Origin: an uncultured Gemmatimonadota bacterium
GTDB taxonomy: Bacteria > Gemmatimonadota > Gemmatimonadetes > Palauibacterales > Palauibacteraceae
Direction of reading: 5' to 3'
Length of the DNA: 64,000 nt
Assembly: GCA_964465015.1 (NCBI GenBank)
Contig: CAYXHP010000022.1
Coordinates: 1,704 to 65,703 of the forward strand
In this document: positions 28,010-36,864 of the stretch, in pieces
Numbering within the stretch: the stretch's first letter is position 1
Layout: the number at the start of each line of letters is the position of its first letter
Notes under the pieces: model-generated
The model's input: the letters and a program-made list of their open reading frames with translations, nothing else
Told to the model about the DNA's origin: nothing
Databases searched by the model: none
Program-made: the position numbers and the translations under genes

Positions 28010-29620
28010 TCAGTTCGGCCGCCGCTTCAGGTGATCGGCCAGCCTCAGGGCCAGCGCGACGATCGTGAGCGTCGGGTTCTTGTGACTGGCAGACGGGAAG
28101 ACGGAGCTGCCCGCGACGTAGAGGCCGTGCACGCCGTGCACCCGACACTCCGTGTCGACGACCCCCGTCCGCGGACTGACGCTCATTCGCGTCGTGCCCA
28201 TGTGGTGCGACGCGTCCGTGAACATCAACTCCCCGGTTCCCGGGTCCAGCTCCCCGAGACCGGTCCTCTCGAGGCGCTGCTGTAGCACTGCCTGCAGGCG
28301 ACGCGCCGACCTGGCTACCTCACTGGCGATCTTCCAGTTCAGCACGAGCCGGTTCGCCCCGAGGGCATCACGCTCCCGCGAGAGGGTCACCCGGCTCTCC
28401 GGATCCGGCGGTTGCTCGCAGAAGTACACGACGACCCGGTCTCGCGCACTGCGGCCCGCGGTCAGCGCCTTCCGCGCGTGCCAGTACGCCCGGTAGAGGC
28501 CGTGCGGGACGAGCTCGCGGGGAGTGAGCAGGTAGAGAAGACCCGCGATGTCTCCCATGTCGGCGCCACCAATCTCCCATCGCCGTCCCGCGTGCCCCCG
28601 TCTCAGGAGCACCTTCATCGTTCGGATGAAGGACTGATAGCCCTTCTCCGTGTACTCCGAATGCTCCACCTCGAGCGTGGCGTAGTGATCGAGCAGCCCC
28701 TCCGTTCGTTGCACGTGGCGCGACAGCCCCAACCCGAACTGAACGCTGCCCTCGGAGATCGGGCAGCCTTCGAGCAGCGACAATCGCACCCCCTCGCGGA
28801 GACGCACTTTCCCGAACACGGCCCTTGGATGGTCCATGAAGTAGCGTCCCACCACGTCGTAGCGATTCCCGATGCCGCACTCCTGTCCATCACGTGAGAG
28901 CAGGAGGAGCCGTGGATTCTCCAGTCCACCACAAGCCAGCACCACGACCCTGGCCCGCACGCGGAGGTGGTTACGGCCGAGTGTGGCCGCCTCGACCGAC
29001 TCGACCGACGTACCCTCGGGATTGAGATGCACCTTGATGGCGTTGGCGTGGAGCACGAGCCTGGTGGTACGTGAGCTCCGCAGGGCCGACTTGTGCGCCG
29101 CGCCGAAGCGCTTCGGTCTCCTGGCCCACAGAGAGACGGTCGGATCGATCGCTTCGCCCCCGTACAGCGCCCGTTCGCCCGCGCTCAGGGCGTCCTCGTG
29201 GCGTCCCTCTTCGAACTGGTCGAAGGCCGGCAGCCCCAATATCCGCGAGGCCCTGGGGTAGTACGCGAGCAGCTCCGAGTAGGGAATGGGCCACCCGCTG
29301 TCGGGCACCCAGCTTCGCGGCTCCAGGTCTCGAGGCAGGAACCGCATGCTCCTGCCGGCCCAGAGATTACAGCTACCGCCGTAGTAGCGCGCTCGGGACA
29401 TGAAGTTACGACGAATCGGATATCCACGACTGTCGAGGTCGTGGAGGACCTGCGTGGCCTGCTCCGGCTGGAACCCACCTCCTTCCAGTACGCACACCTC
29501 GCGTCCGGAACGTTCGAGCTCGCCGGCGATCGTCAGGCCCGCGGCGCCGGCGCCGACCACGCAAACGTCCGCCGTGAGCTCGACATCCGGCTCGAGGTCG
29601 CGGGCGTCCAGAATGGTCAC
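28010..29620 (-). CDS. GMC-family FAD-dependent oxidoreductase (choline dehydrogenase-like).
   Basis: FAD-binding ADVCVVGAGAAGLTIAGELERSG. C-terminal GMC block GTTRMS ... HGVHGLYVAGSSVFPS. GTG start 29620 overlaps the stop of the upstream GH1 gene (GTGA). The N-terminal 350 aa of the long ORF were rejected. Confidence 0.8.
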   Translation of the reverse strand: MTILDARDLEPDVELTADVCVVGAGAAGLTIAGELERSGREVCVLEGGGFQPEQATQVLHDLDSRGYPIRRNFMSRARYYGGSCNLWAGRSMRFLPRDLEPRSWVPDSGWPIPYSELLAYYPRASRILGLPAFDQFEEGRHEDALSAGERALYGGEAIDPTVSLWARRPKRFGAAHKSALRSSRTTRLVLHANAIKVHLNPEGTSVESVEAATLGRNHLRVRARVVVLACGGLENPRLLLLSRDGQECGIGNRYDVVGRYFMDHPRAVFGKVRLREGVRLSLLEGCPISEGSVQFGLGLSRHVQRTEGLLDHYATLEVEHSEYTEKGYQSFIRTMKVLLRRGHAGRRWEIGGADMGDIAGLLYLLTPRELVPHGLYRAYWHARKALTAGRSARDRVVVYFCEQPPDPESRVTLSRERDALGANRLVLNWKIASEVARSARRLQAVLQQRLERTGLGELDPGTGELMFTDASHHMGTTRMSVSPRTGVVDTECRVHGVHGLYVAGSSVFPSASHKNPTLTIVALALRLADHLKRRPN

Positions 29621-30918
29621 GGGCGCGCGGCTCCTTCCGCGCCGCCCGCATGCCCGCCGCGTCGTGCGGAGCCAGCGGTCGACGGATGGGCCACTCCGAG
29701 CTCCGGACTTCGGCAGATGACGCCGAAGCGATCGACTATGGGACGGGCGGTCCTCCGCTGGGTGGCGAAGTCGACGCCGAAGAGTCCGAATCGCGGCGCA
29801 GTGCCGAGGGTCCACTCGTAGTTGTCCATCAGGGACCAGTAAAAATAGCCGCGTACGTCGACCCCCTCCTCCAGGGCTCGGGCCACGGCCTGTACATGGT
29901 CCACCAGGAACCGGGTTCTCAGCTCCTCGTCCGTCGTTGCGACACCGTTTTCGGTGATCAGAATCGGAACACCGTAGCGGGAGAATCGGTCGAGCGTGGT
30001 GAACAGCCCGTCCGGGTAGATCTCCCAGCCCATATCGCTGCGGGCTCCGCGGTCCGCGTGGTGGTCGGCCGTGCACTCGGTGCCCGCGAACGGTATCACC
30101 CCACGCCCCCGTCCGCTGACGATCGTCCGGGTGTAGTAGTTGATTCCCAGGAAGTCGAAGGACGGCTCGGGGCCCGCTCCCAGCAGACGGAAGAAGGCTC
30201 GGTTGAGGACCGCATCCCTGGTCCACGCCGCCAGCCTGTCCCGCGGGCTCGACGGATCGCATGGCTGGATCAGGGGAGCGCTGTGAGCGAAGCCGACCTT
30301 CGCGCTCGGGTCGGCGGAGCGCACCTTCGAACGGGCCGCCCGATGGGCGCGGGCCAGATGGATCGCCGCCCGAACGGCCCCTCCCCACGCCCTGCCGCGG
30401 CAGGGCGGCCAGTCGCCGACGACGTAGCCGTGTTTGACGTATACCGTAGGCTCGTTGATGGTGACCCAGTACCGGACCTTCCCGGCGAGCCGATCGGCCA
30501 GTCGGTCCACGAAACGCGCGAACAGGCTCACCGTCTCGCCTCGAGCCCACCCTCCTCTCTCCGCCACCCACGAGGGGAGGGTGAAGTGGAAGAGCGTCGG
30601 AACCGGCTCGAGCCCCCGGGCGAGAAGCGAATCGATCACGGCCTCGTAGTGATCGATCGCGTGACGATTCCACGACCCTTCGACGGGCTCAATTCGGCTC
30701 CACTCGATGGAGAAGCGATGAGCATTGTGGCCCGCTGCCAGGGCGAGATCGAAGTCGGAGTCGAAGAGCTCGAAGTGTCGGCACGCCGCACCCGACTTCT
30801 CGGGGAGCCTCCCCGCCTGCTCGTAGGCCCACCAATCGTTCCACCGGTTGGCCCCTTCGACCTGGTGGCTGGACGTGGCTGCCCCCCAGAGGAAGTCCTG
30901 GGGAACGGCGATCCGCAT
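29617..30918 (-). CDS. GH1-family beta-glucosidase.
   Basis: Starts MRIAVPQDFLWGAATSSHQVEGA. NEP acid/base TINEPTV and nucleophile ITENG motifs. Start at Met106 of ORF 29617..31233. Confidence 0.85.
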   Translation of the reverse strand: MRIAVPQDFLWGAATSSHQVEGANRWNDWWAYEQAGRLPEKSGAACRHFELFDSDFDLALAAGHNAHRFSIEWSRIEPVEGSWNRHAIDHYEAVIDSLLARGLEPVPTLFHFTLPSWVAERGGWARGETVSLFARFVDRLADRLAGKVRYWVTINEPTVYVKHGYVVGDWPPCRGRAWGGAVRAAIHLARAHRAARSKVRSADPSAKVGFAHSAPLIQPCDPSSPRDRLAAWTRDAVLNRAFFRLLGAGPEPSFDFLGINYYTRTIVSGRGRGVIPFAGTECTADHHADRGARSDMGWEIYPDGLFTTLDRFSRYGVPILITENGVATTDEELRTRFLVDHVQAVARALEEGVDVRGYFYWSLMDNYEWTLGTAPRFGLFGVDFATQRRTARPIVDRFGVICRSPELGVAHPSTAGSARRGGHAGGAEGAARP

Positions 30919-30997
30919 CGCCGTGCTCCCGAGCGCTGAGTTCAGGGCAGCCGGACAGTCGGCGGCGGGGGAAGGCGAGGTGACGGGCATTCGCACG

Positions 30998-32131
30998 TCA
31001 ATGGGAAAGTCCGCCGAGGCCATATTGCCCGGCGTCACGTTCGATCCGCGCCAGGACGGCGGCGGCAATGACACGGTATCCGGCCGCATCGGGATGACCA
31101 TCGACCTGGAAGAAGAGTCGCTTCTCCTGTCGGGCCTGCTCCTGCATGGGACCCGTGAGATCCAGATAGGGAATGCCCCGGCTGCGTAGTGCCTCGACCA
31201 GCGACGGGAGCAGCGGAGGGACCGTGTCTCCACGGAGCGGGAGGTACACGTCCTCCTTGGTCGGAAACACCAGGACGAGAAACGCCGTGCCGTGACTGGC
31301 TGCGATGGCCTGCGTCTTCTCGATGGATTCCATGACGCTCTGGAAGACGGGCTGATCCGGCTTGGCCAGCCCCACCTGATTCTCCAGGAACGAAGGCGCG
31401 AAGATGAGGCGGGTGTGGTCGGGAAACTCCATGGGTGGCGTGCTTCGGAACCGTCTCCTCAGGGTGCGGAAGGTCTCCGCCACGAACCAGTACACGTACG
31501 ATCGCTCGAGAATGGACTGCAGGAGACTGGGTGATCTTCCGTGACGGAACTTCCAGGTCGCGTAGCGTCCCGGACGGCCGGCGCGGAGCCAGCGATCGAA
31601 CTCCTGTTCGTCCTGCAGGTCGTTGCCCGGGAACAGTCCGAAGAGAAGGAGCTTGGGCTGAAAGGCCGTCCCGTACCGTTCGTAGACTCTCAAGTACTGC
31701 TTGGGCGCGTAGCCGGGCAGGCTCAGGTTGACGAGGCGGATGCCGGGGAGAGCTTCCTCGACGAGCGTCGACCACGTGGAATCGTAGTCCACGCCATAGC
31801 CGAAGCCCTCGGAGTCTCCGATCACGACGATCCCGGCCGAATCCGGCAAGGGGGATGGATTACGGAATCCGAGGGAGTCGGTCGCGTAGTCGAAACGTAC
31901 GTCGCCAGCGACTACCCGGCCGTGGTGATTGGGCGGATACAGGTAGCCAACATACGGGTCCGCTCTCTCGACATCGTCGTTGTCCTTCATCCAGTGGATC
32001 TTCACCCGTGCGGAGGCGGGCAGGTTGTTCGGGAACTCCCGAAGGAAGGCTTCCGTGCAGGCGAGTATGACGAGGACGCTGGCCAGAAGCAGTCCGAGAT
32101 TGACGAGGATGCGTTTCGCGGTCGAGGGCAT
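30998..32131 (-). CDS. Membrane-anchored SGNH-hydrolase-like protein (paralog 3 of 4).
   Basis: Start at internal ATG (MPSTAKRILVNLGLLLASVLVIL, a signal anchor). GDS block VVIGDSEGFGYG. DGHP block QVDGHPDAAGYRVIA. Confidence 0.7.
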   Translation of the reverse strand: MPSTAKRILVNLGLLLASVLVILACTEAFLREFPNNLPASARVKIHWMKDNDDVERADPYVGYLYPPNHHGRVVAGDVRFDYATDSLGFRNPSPLPDSAGIVVIGDSEGFGYGVDYDSTWSTLVEEALPGIRLVNLSLPGYAPKQYLRVYERYGTAFQPKLLLFGLFPGNDLQDEQEFDRWLRAGRPGRYATWKFRHGRSPSLLQSILERSYVYWFVAETFRTLRRRFRSTPPMEFPDHTRLIFAPSFLENQVGLAKPDQPVFQSVMESIEKTQAIAASHGTAFLVLVFPTKEDVYLPLRGDTVPPLLPSLVEALRSRGIPYLDLTGPMQEQARQEKRLFFQVDGHPDAAGYRVIAAAVLARIERDAGQYGLGGLSH

Positions 32132-32339
32132 CTTCCATCTCTGTCCGGGGCCGTGGCGAAGGCCTGAGGCTTCCCCCTGAAGACGGTTGCTCATACGACT
32201 GGGTCCTGCAGGTTGAATGCCGGACCAAAGTGAGGGATGAAGGCGGACGCGGCCATGCCGCGCGAGGAGTCCGGGCCGCGGCATCGGCAGCGTGCTTCTG
32301 AACTCGGGAGGTGCGGGGACGACGGACCTCGGTGCTCCA

Positions 32340-33869
32340 TCAAGCCTTGGGTCGAGGCGAGAGCGGTCGCGTGTCGTCGGCGTGCGACACTCGGTGTGTC
32401 GCCGCATCCCCACGTGCCGACGGGGTCGACGAGACGTGGGGTGCAGTCCGGCCTCCCGGCTCGAGCGGCACGGCGCGCGCGGGTCTCCAGAGACCATCGC
32501 GAGCGATGGCCTGGACCGAGAGGCTGGCGGCCAGGCGCTGTCCCGCATTGCTCCAGTGATCGTTACCGCCTCGGAGATAGAGCGCGGCCGGATCGTGCGA
32601 CCGGAAGGCCGGGAACAGGTTCAGGGTCGGGATGGAGTCCTGCCGGCCTATGGCTTCGACCACTGCCGACAGGTTGGACCTCTGGTAGGCCGGGTAGAGG
32701 GACGAGTCGACCCGGTAGACGTAGCCCGGCACCTCGTCCTCGGCCGTCGGGATGATCAGCAGGAGCATCGGGATCCCGTGGCTCCGAACCACGCTGTCCA
32801 TTCGGGTGATGACCCGATCCATGAGGGTCACCTTGTACCGGGCCGATGGTCCGTCCGGCGCCGCGCTGACGTCGGCATCGTAGCCGTCGGCGAGCAGGTT
32901 CGTGACCACATCGTCGTGTCCGAGGACGTAGTCCCGGTACTCGGCCTCGCGATCTCGCATCCACTCCCGGGTGGTCGTGGCGGAGGCCGGGTTGCCCTCG
33001 ACGGGAACCTCGTCGCCCTCCGGCACGAACCGGCTCGATTCGAGGCGGTCCACGGTGCGCTCGAACAGCTTCAGGACCAGCGGCCCGTGTCGCGCCATCA
33101 GGAACTTGCGGCGAACGGACCCGGCCAGCCTGTAGTGGTTCCGAACCAGCCGGCCCCCGGAGTCCAGTCGGAAGAGCTTGTTCCGGAGGAGGTCGCCGAA
33201 GTCGTTGCCGGTGTAGATGCTGACGATGACGAGGTCGGGCTTGAGCCGCGTCAGATCGCGCTCCATTCGGATGCACTCTTGATCGGGACCGTAGCCGGTC
33301 ACCCCAGCGTTCACGACCTCGACTGGCGTGCGGAAGTAGGCCCCGAGCATGCGCTGGAGCTGGCTCGTGTAGGTGTCGGCCTCAGCGGAGTACTCCGCGG
33401 CGATGAACGAGTCGCCGAACACCACGACCCGTCGTGAGCTGTCTGCCGACCCGCGCAGCTCGGGTCCGCGGAAGCCTTGCCGGTCGATGTGCACGCGGAT
33501 CGTCTGGCCGCCGTTGATCGGCAACCGATGATAGTCCCGGCTGGCCGCCGGTATGTACTCGAACAGGTCGTCCGACCGCAGCCGGAAGAGCGTGGAGAAG
33601 TCGTCGGGGACCGTGAGGCGGAGTCCGATTTCGGCGATCACCAGACCGATCAGGGACGAAGCGGTGAGCAGCAGCAGCCGCGTTCTCCACTTGCTGGACG
33701 CCAGGCCCGCGGCCACGACCACGGCGCCGAAGGCTGCCACCAGGATCTGAGACCATCCGGGACCGGATCGCTGAGGGCTCGATGGGCAGACGGTGACAGC
33801 GACCACGAGGACCAGCATCCCGAAGATGCCGAGGGCTATCCTGGTCGCCGGCCTCCGCTCCTGTTCCAT
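32340..33869 (-). CDS. Membrane-anchored SGNH-hydrolase-like protein (paralog 4 of 4) with a 3-TM N-terminus.
   Basis: Start at internal ATG (MEQERRPATRIALGIFGMLVLVV), with GGAGG 6 nt upstream on the minus strand. GDS block VVVFGDSFIAAEY. GGNDHWSNAG (DxxH). Confidence 0.65.
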   Translation of the reverse strand: MEQERRPATRIALGIFGMLVLVVAVTVCPSSPQRSGPGWSQILVAAFGAVVVAAGLASSKWRTRLLLLTASSLIGLVIAEIGLRLTVPDDFSTLFRLRSDDLFEYIPAASRDYHRLPINGGQTIRVHIDRQGFRGPELRGSADSSRRVVVFGDSFIAAEYSAEADTYTSQLQRMLGAYFRTPVEVVNAGVTGYGPDQECIRMERDLTRLKPDLVIVSIYTGNDFGDLLRNKLFRLDSGGRLVRNHYRLAGSVRRKFLMARHGPLVLKLFERTVDRLESSRFVPEGDEVPVEGNPASATTTREWMRDREAEYRDYVLGHDDVVTNLLADGYDADVSAAPDGPSARYKVTLMDRVITRMDSVVRSHGIPMLLLIIPTAEDEVPGYVYRVDSSLYPAYQRSNLSAVVEAIGRQDSIPTLNLFPAFRSHDPAALYLRGGNDHWSNAGQRLAASLSVQAIARDGLWRPARAVPLEPGGRTAPHVSSTPSARGDAATHRVSHADDTRPLSPRPKA

Positions 33870-34024
33870 GCAGCCTCCGGAAATCTCGGGTTTGCCATCC
33901 TCCGGCCGTGACTTCCCGTGCATGCATGCAGCGTGCGAGTCTCGGTCCAGGCCGGTCCCGATCCGAGAGGGGAGGCGTCGCCGACGGCGCGGCCATCCGC
34001 AGACCCCAAGTGACATAACGAGAA

Positions 34025-34040
34025 GGGCACATTCCGTGCG
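34025..34040 (+). promoter_or_regulatory. Candidate sigma-54 -24/-12 promoter in the divergent intergenic region upstream of the carbamoyltransferase operon.
   Basis: gGGCACattccGTGCg with GG-N10-GC spacing. Sits 300 nt upstream of ATG 34341 in an AT-richer 470-bp gap. A sigma-70-like TTGAAA-N16-TAGATA (34162..34189) is also present. Confidence 0.35.
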
Positions 34041-34340
34041 GCTGTGGCCGGCCCGACTCGGCTGTGCCGGTCGCAGCGGATGGCGGTGTGCGGCTCCGGC
34101 GTCTGTTGCAATGTGCCTACAAGATCGGCAGACCGCCGCGGCGAGCCCCGAACGCAGGACTTTGAAAAGCTATTCATCCCAACTAGATACGCTCATCACC
34201 TGTTGGACGGAGGAATGGCGTACTTATCTTGCACAGCGTGGCTGCCCGAGAAGAACGCGCGGCCGGCCGCCGTGCGAAATCACGCTGATCCGTTCGGCGC
34301 ACGTGTGGCCCCGGCGAGGGTTCAGGAAGGACGTTCATAC

Positions 34341-36308
34341 ATGGCTTCAGACCTTTCGATGCAGACCCGGCATTCCTCCGGGAGCGCCGGCTCGCCCGGC
34401 AGCCCGCGCTACGTTCTGGGCCTGTCGGCCTTCTACCACGACAGCGCCGCGTGCCTGCTCCGGGACGGGGAGATCGTGGCCGCTGCTCAGGAGGAGCGCT
34501 TCACGAGAGAGAAGGGAGACGCCTCGTACCCTTCCCACGCCGTGGAGTATTGCCTGAAGGAAGGCGGCATCTCGGTCGCCGATCTCGAGGTCGTCGCTTT
34601 CTACGACAAGCCGCTCCTGAAGTTCGAGCGAATCCTGGAGACGTATGTGGGCATCGCTCCCAGGGGCTTCCGCTCCTTCCTGAAGGCGGGACCGCTGTGG
34701 ATCAAAGAGAAACTCTTCATCGACCGCGACCTGGCGGACCAGCTGGGCTGGGAGGGCGACATCCTCTACGCCGAGCATCACGAGTCCCACGCGGCCAGCG
34801 CATTCTACCCGTCACCGTTCGACGAAGCCGCGATCGTCACGATGGACGGCGTCGGCGAATGGGCCACTGCGTCCATCGGAGTGGGGCGGGGCAGCGAGAT
34901 CGAGCTCCTGCGGGACCTTCGGTGGCCCGACTCCCTGGGACTGCTCTACTCGGCCTTCACGTACTACACGGGCTTCAAGGTCAACTCGGGCGAATACAAG
35001 GTGATGGGGCTGGCGCCTTACGGCGAGCCCAGGTTCGTCGACCTCATCCTCGGCGAGCTGATGGACTTGCGCGACGACGGCTCCTTCCGGTTGAACCAGG
35101 AGTACTTCGACTACCTGGGCGGACTGACGATGACGAGCCGCAAGTTCGATGAGCTGTTCGGTGGCCCGCCGCGTTCGCCCGAATCGAAGATCACGCAGCG
35201 GGAGATGGACCTGGCCCGATCGGTCCAGGAGGTGTGCGAGGAAGTCATGCTCCGGATGGTACGCACCGCGCACCGTGAGACCGGGCTGTCGAACCTCTGC
35301 CTGGCGGGCGGGGTGGCGCTGAACTGCGTGGGGAACGGCCGCATCCTCCGGGAAGGGCCTTACGAGGAGCTGTGGATCCAGCCGGCCGCCGGCGATGCCG
35401 GAGGCGCGCTGGGCGCGGCGCAGCTCGCGTGGCACCGCCACCTGGGGCAGGAGCGCGCGCCGGCCTCCGTGTACGCGGTGAGTGCCGGCGCGGTCGAAGA
35501 GCGGCAAGTCGCCGAGGCCGGCGGTGGCACCGCGGTGGCGACGCGCCCGCGGGCCCGGGACCGGATGCGAGCCGCCTGCCTGGGCCCCTCCTTCAGCCCT
35601 GAAGAGATCGAGACCTATCTGGCGACGCGCGGCGCACCCGCCCACAAGCTCGATCGCGAGGCGTTGATCGAGCGGACCGCGGAGCTCCTCTCAGACGGCA
35701 ACGTGGTGGGCTGGTTCGCCGGCCGCATGGAGTTCGGGCCACGTGCCCTGGGATCGAGGAGCATCCTGGGCGACCCGCGAAGCCCCGAGATGCAGCGCAC
35801 GATGAACCTCAAGATCAAGTTCAGGGAGAGCTTCCGTCCATTCGCGCCGAGCGTCTTGCTGGAGCGGGTCCAGGACTACTTCGACCTGGATCGTGAGTCT
35901 CCCTACATGCTCCTGGTCGCGCCCGTGCGCGAGGAGCGCAGGTGTCCTCCGGCGGAGGGCGACTCGGAGCTGTGGGGCATCGAGCGACTGAATCGCCCAC
36001 GCTCGGACATCCCCGCCGTGACGCACGTGGACTACTCGGCTCGCGTGCAGACCGTCTCGGCGGAAGACAACCCGGCCTACCACGCTCTCCTGTCCGCCTT
36101 CGAGCGGCGCACGGGATGCGGCTTGCTCGTGAACACATCGTTCAACGTGAGGGGCGAACCGATCGTCTGTTCGCCTCGGGACGCGTATCGCTGCTTCATG
36201 CGGACGCACATGGATTGCCTGGTCCTGTGGCCGTACCTCCTCTTCAAGGAGGAGCAGCCGGAATGGCACGAGGAGGGAGATTGGAGAGAGAAGATACCGC
36301 TCGACTGA
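34341..36308 (+). CDS. Carbamoyltransferase (NodU/CmcH family; probably O-carbamoylation of a sugar).
   Basis: RBS AGGAAGGA then ATG 34341. Carbam_trans_N (VLGLSAFYHDSAACLL ... HHESHAASAF) and C-terminal domain. The first 99 codons of ORF 34044.. have non-coding character. Confidence 0.85.
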   Translation: MASDLSMQTRHSSGSAGSPGSPRYVLGLSAFYHDSAACLLRDGEIVAAAQEERFTREKGDASYPSHAVEYCLKEGGISVADLEVVAFYDKPLLKFERILETYVGIAPRGFRSFLKAGPLWIKEKLFIDRDLADQLGWEGDILYAEHHESHAASAFYPSPFDEAAIVTMDGVGEWATASIGVGRGSEIELLRDLRWPDSLGLLYSAFTYYTGFKVNSGEYKVMGLAPYGEPRFVDLILGELMDLRDDGSFRLNQEYFDYLGGLTMTSRKFDELFGGPPRSPESKITQREMDLARSVQEVCEEVMLRMVRTAHRETGLSNLCLAGGVALNCVGNGRILREGPYEELWIQPAAGDAGGALGAAQLAWHRHLGQERAPASVYAVSAGAVEERQVAEAGGGTAVATRPRARDRMRAACLGPSFSPEEIETYLATRGAPAHKLDREALIERTAELLSDGNVVGWFAGRMEFGPRALGSRSILGDPRSPEMQRTMNLKIKFRESFRPFAPSVLLERVQDYFDLDRESPYMLLVAPVREERRCPPAEGDSELWGIERLNRPRSDIPAVTHVDYSARVQTVSAEDNPAYHALLSAFERRTGCGLLVNTSFNVRGEPIVCSPRDAYRCFMRTHMDCLVLWPYLLFKEEQPEWHEEGDWREKIPLD

Positions 36309-36685
36309 CGCCGACCGAGGGGCGCAAGTTCGGCCTGACGGTCGGTGCCGCCTTCCTGGTCCTGGGAGGCATATCCTACTGGCGCGGCCACCGAATCCCC
36401 GTGTTCGTCCTCGGCGGTCTCGGCCTGCTCCTCGTGCTCGGCGGCCTGGTCGTGCCAGGTCGGCTCGGGCCCGTCGAGCGCGCCTGGATGGGCCTGGCGA
36501 AGGCGATCTCACGGGTCACCACGCCCATCTTCATGGCGGTCGTATACTTCCTGGTCCTCACGCCGGCCGGTGTCATCGTCCGTTGGGTTGGACACGACCC
36601 GCTGCTGCACGAGGCGGAAGAGGGAAGCTACTGGAGGTCGCGCTCCATGTCGGAAGGCAAGAGCGACCTCACGCGACAGTTCTAG
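36263..36685 (+). CDS. SxtJ-like small membrane protein.
   Basis: EGRKFGLTVGAAFLVLGGISYW and two more TM helices, typical of the SxtJ family that co-occurs with carbamoyltransferases. Start uncertain: ATG 36263 overlaps the upstream gene by 46 nt. Confidence 0.55.
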   Translation: MARGGRLEREDTARLTPTEGRKFGLTVGAAFLVLGGISYWRGHRIPVFVLGGLGLLLVLGGLVVPGRLGPVERAWMGLAKAISRVTTPIFMAVVYFLVLTPAGVIVRWVGHDPLLHEAEEGSYWRSRSMSEGKSDLTRQF

Positions 36686-36702
36686 GACGGAGGAGCGTAG
36701 AC

Positions 36703-36861
36703 ATGGCTCGACGTTCGATGGCGGGCGAGATTTGGGACTTCCTGAAGGTTCGCAAGAAGTGGTGGCTCCTGCCCATCATTGTCATGCTCGCGGCGGTGGG
36801 CGCGCTGATCGTGTTCGCGCAGGGCTCGGCGCTGGCGCCGTTCATCTACACGATCTTCTAG
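36703..36861 (+). CDS. DUF5989-like small membrane protein (52 aa).
   Basis: MAGEIWDFLKVRKKWWLLPIIVMLAAVGALIVFAQG is the conserved small protein found after carbamoyltransferase and SxtJ. RBS GGAGCG. Internal Met of ORF 36583..36861. Confidence 0.6.
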   Translation: MARRSMAGEIWDFLKVRKKWWLLPIIVMLAAVGALIVFAQGSALAPFIYTIF

Positions 36862-36864
36862 CTT

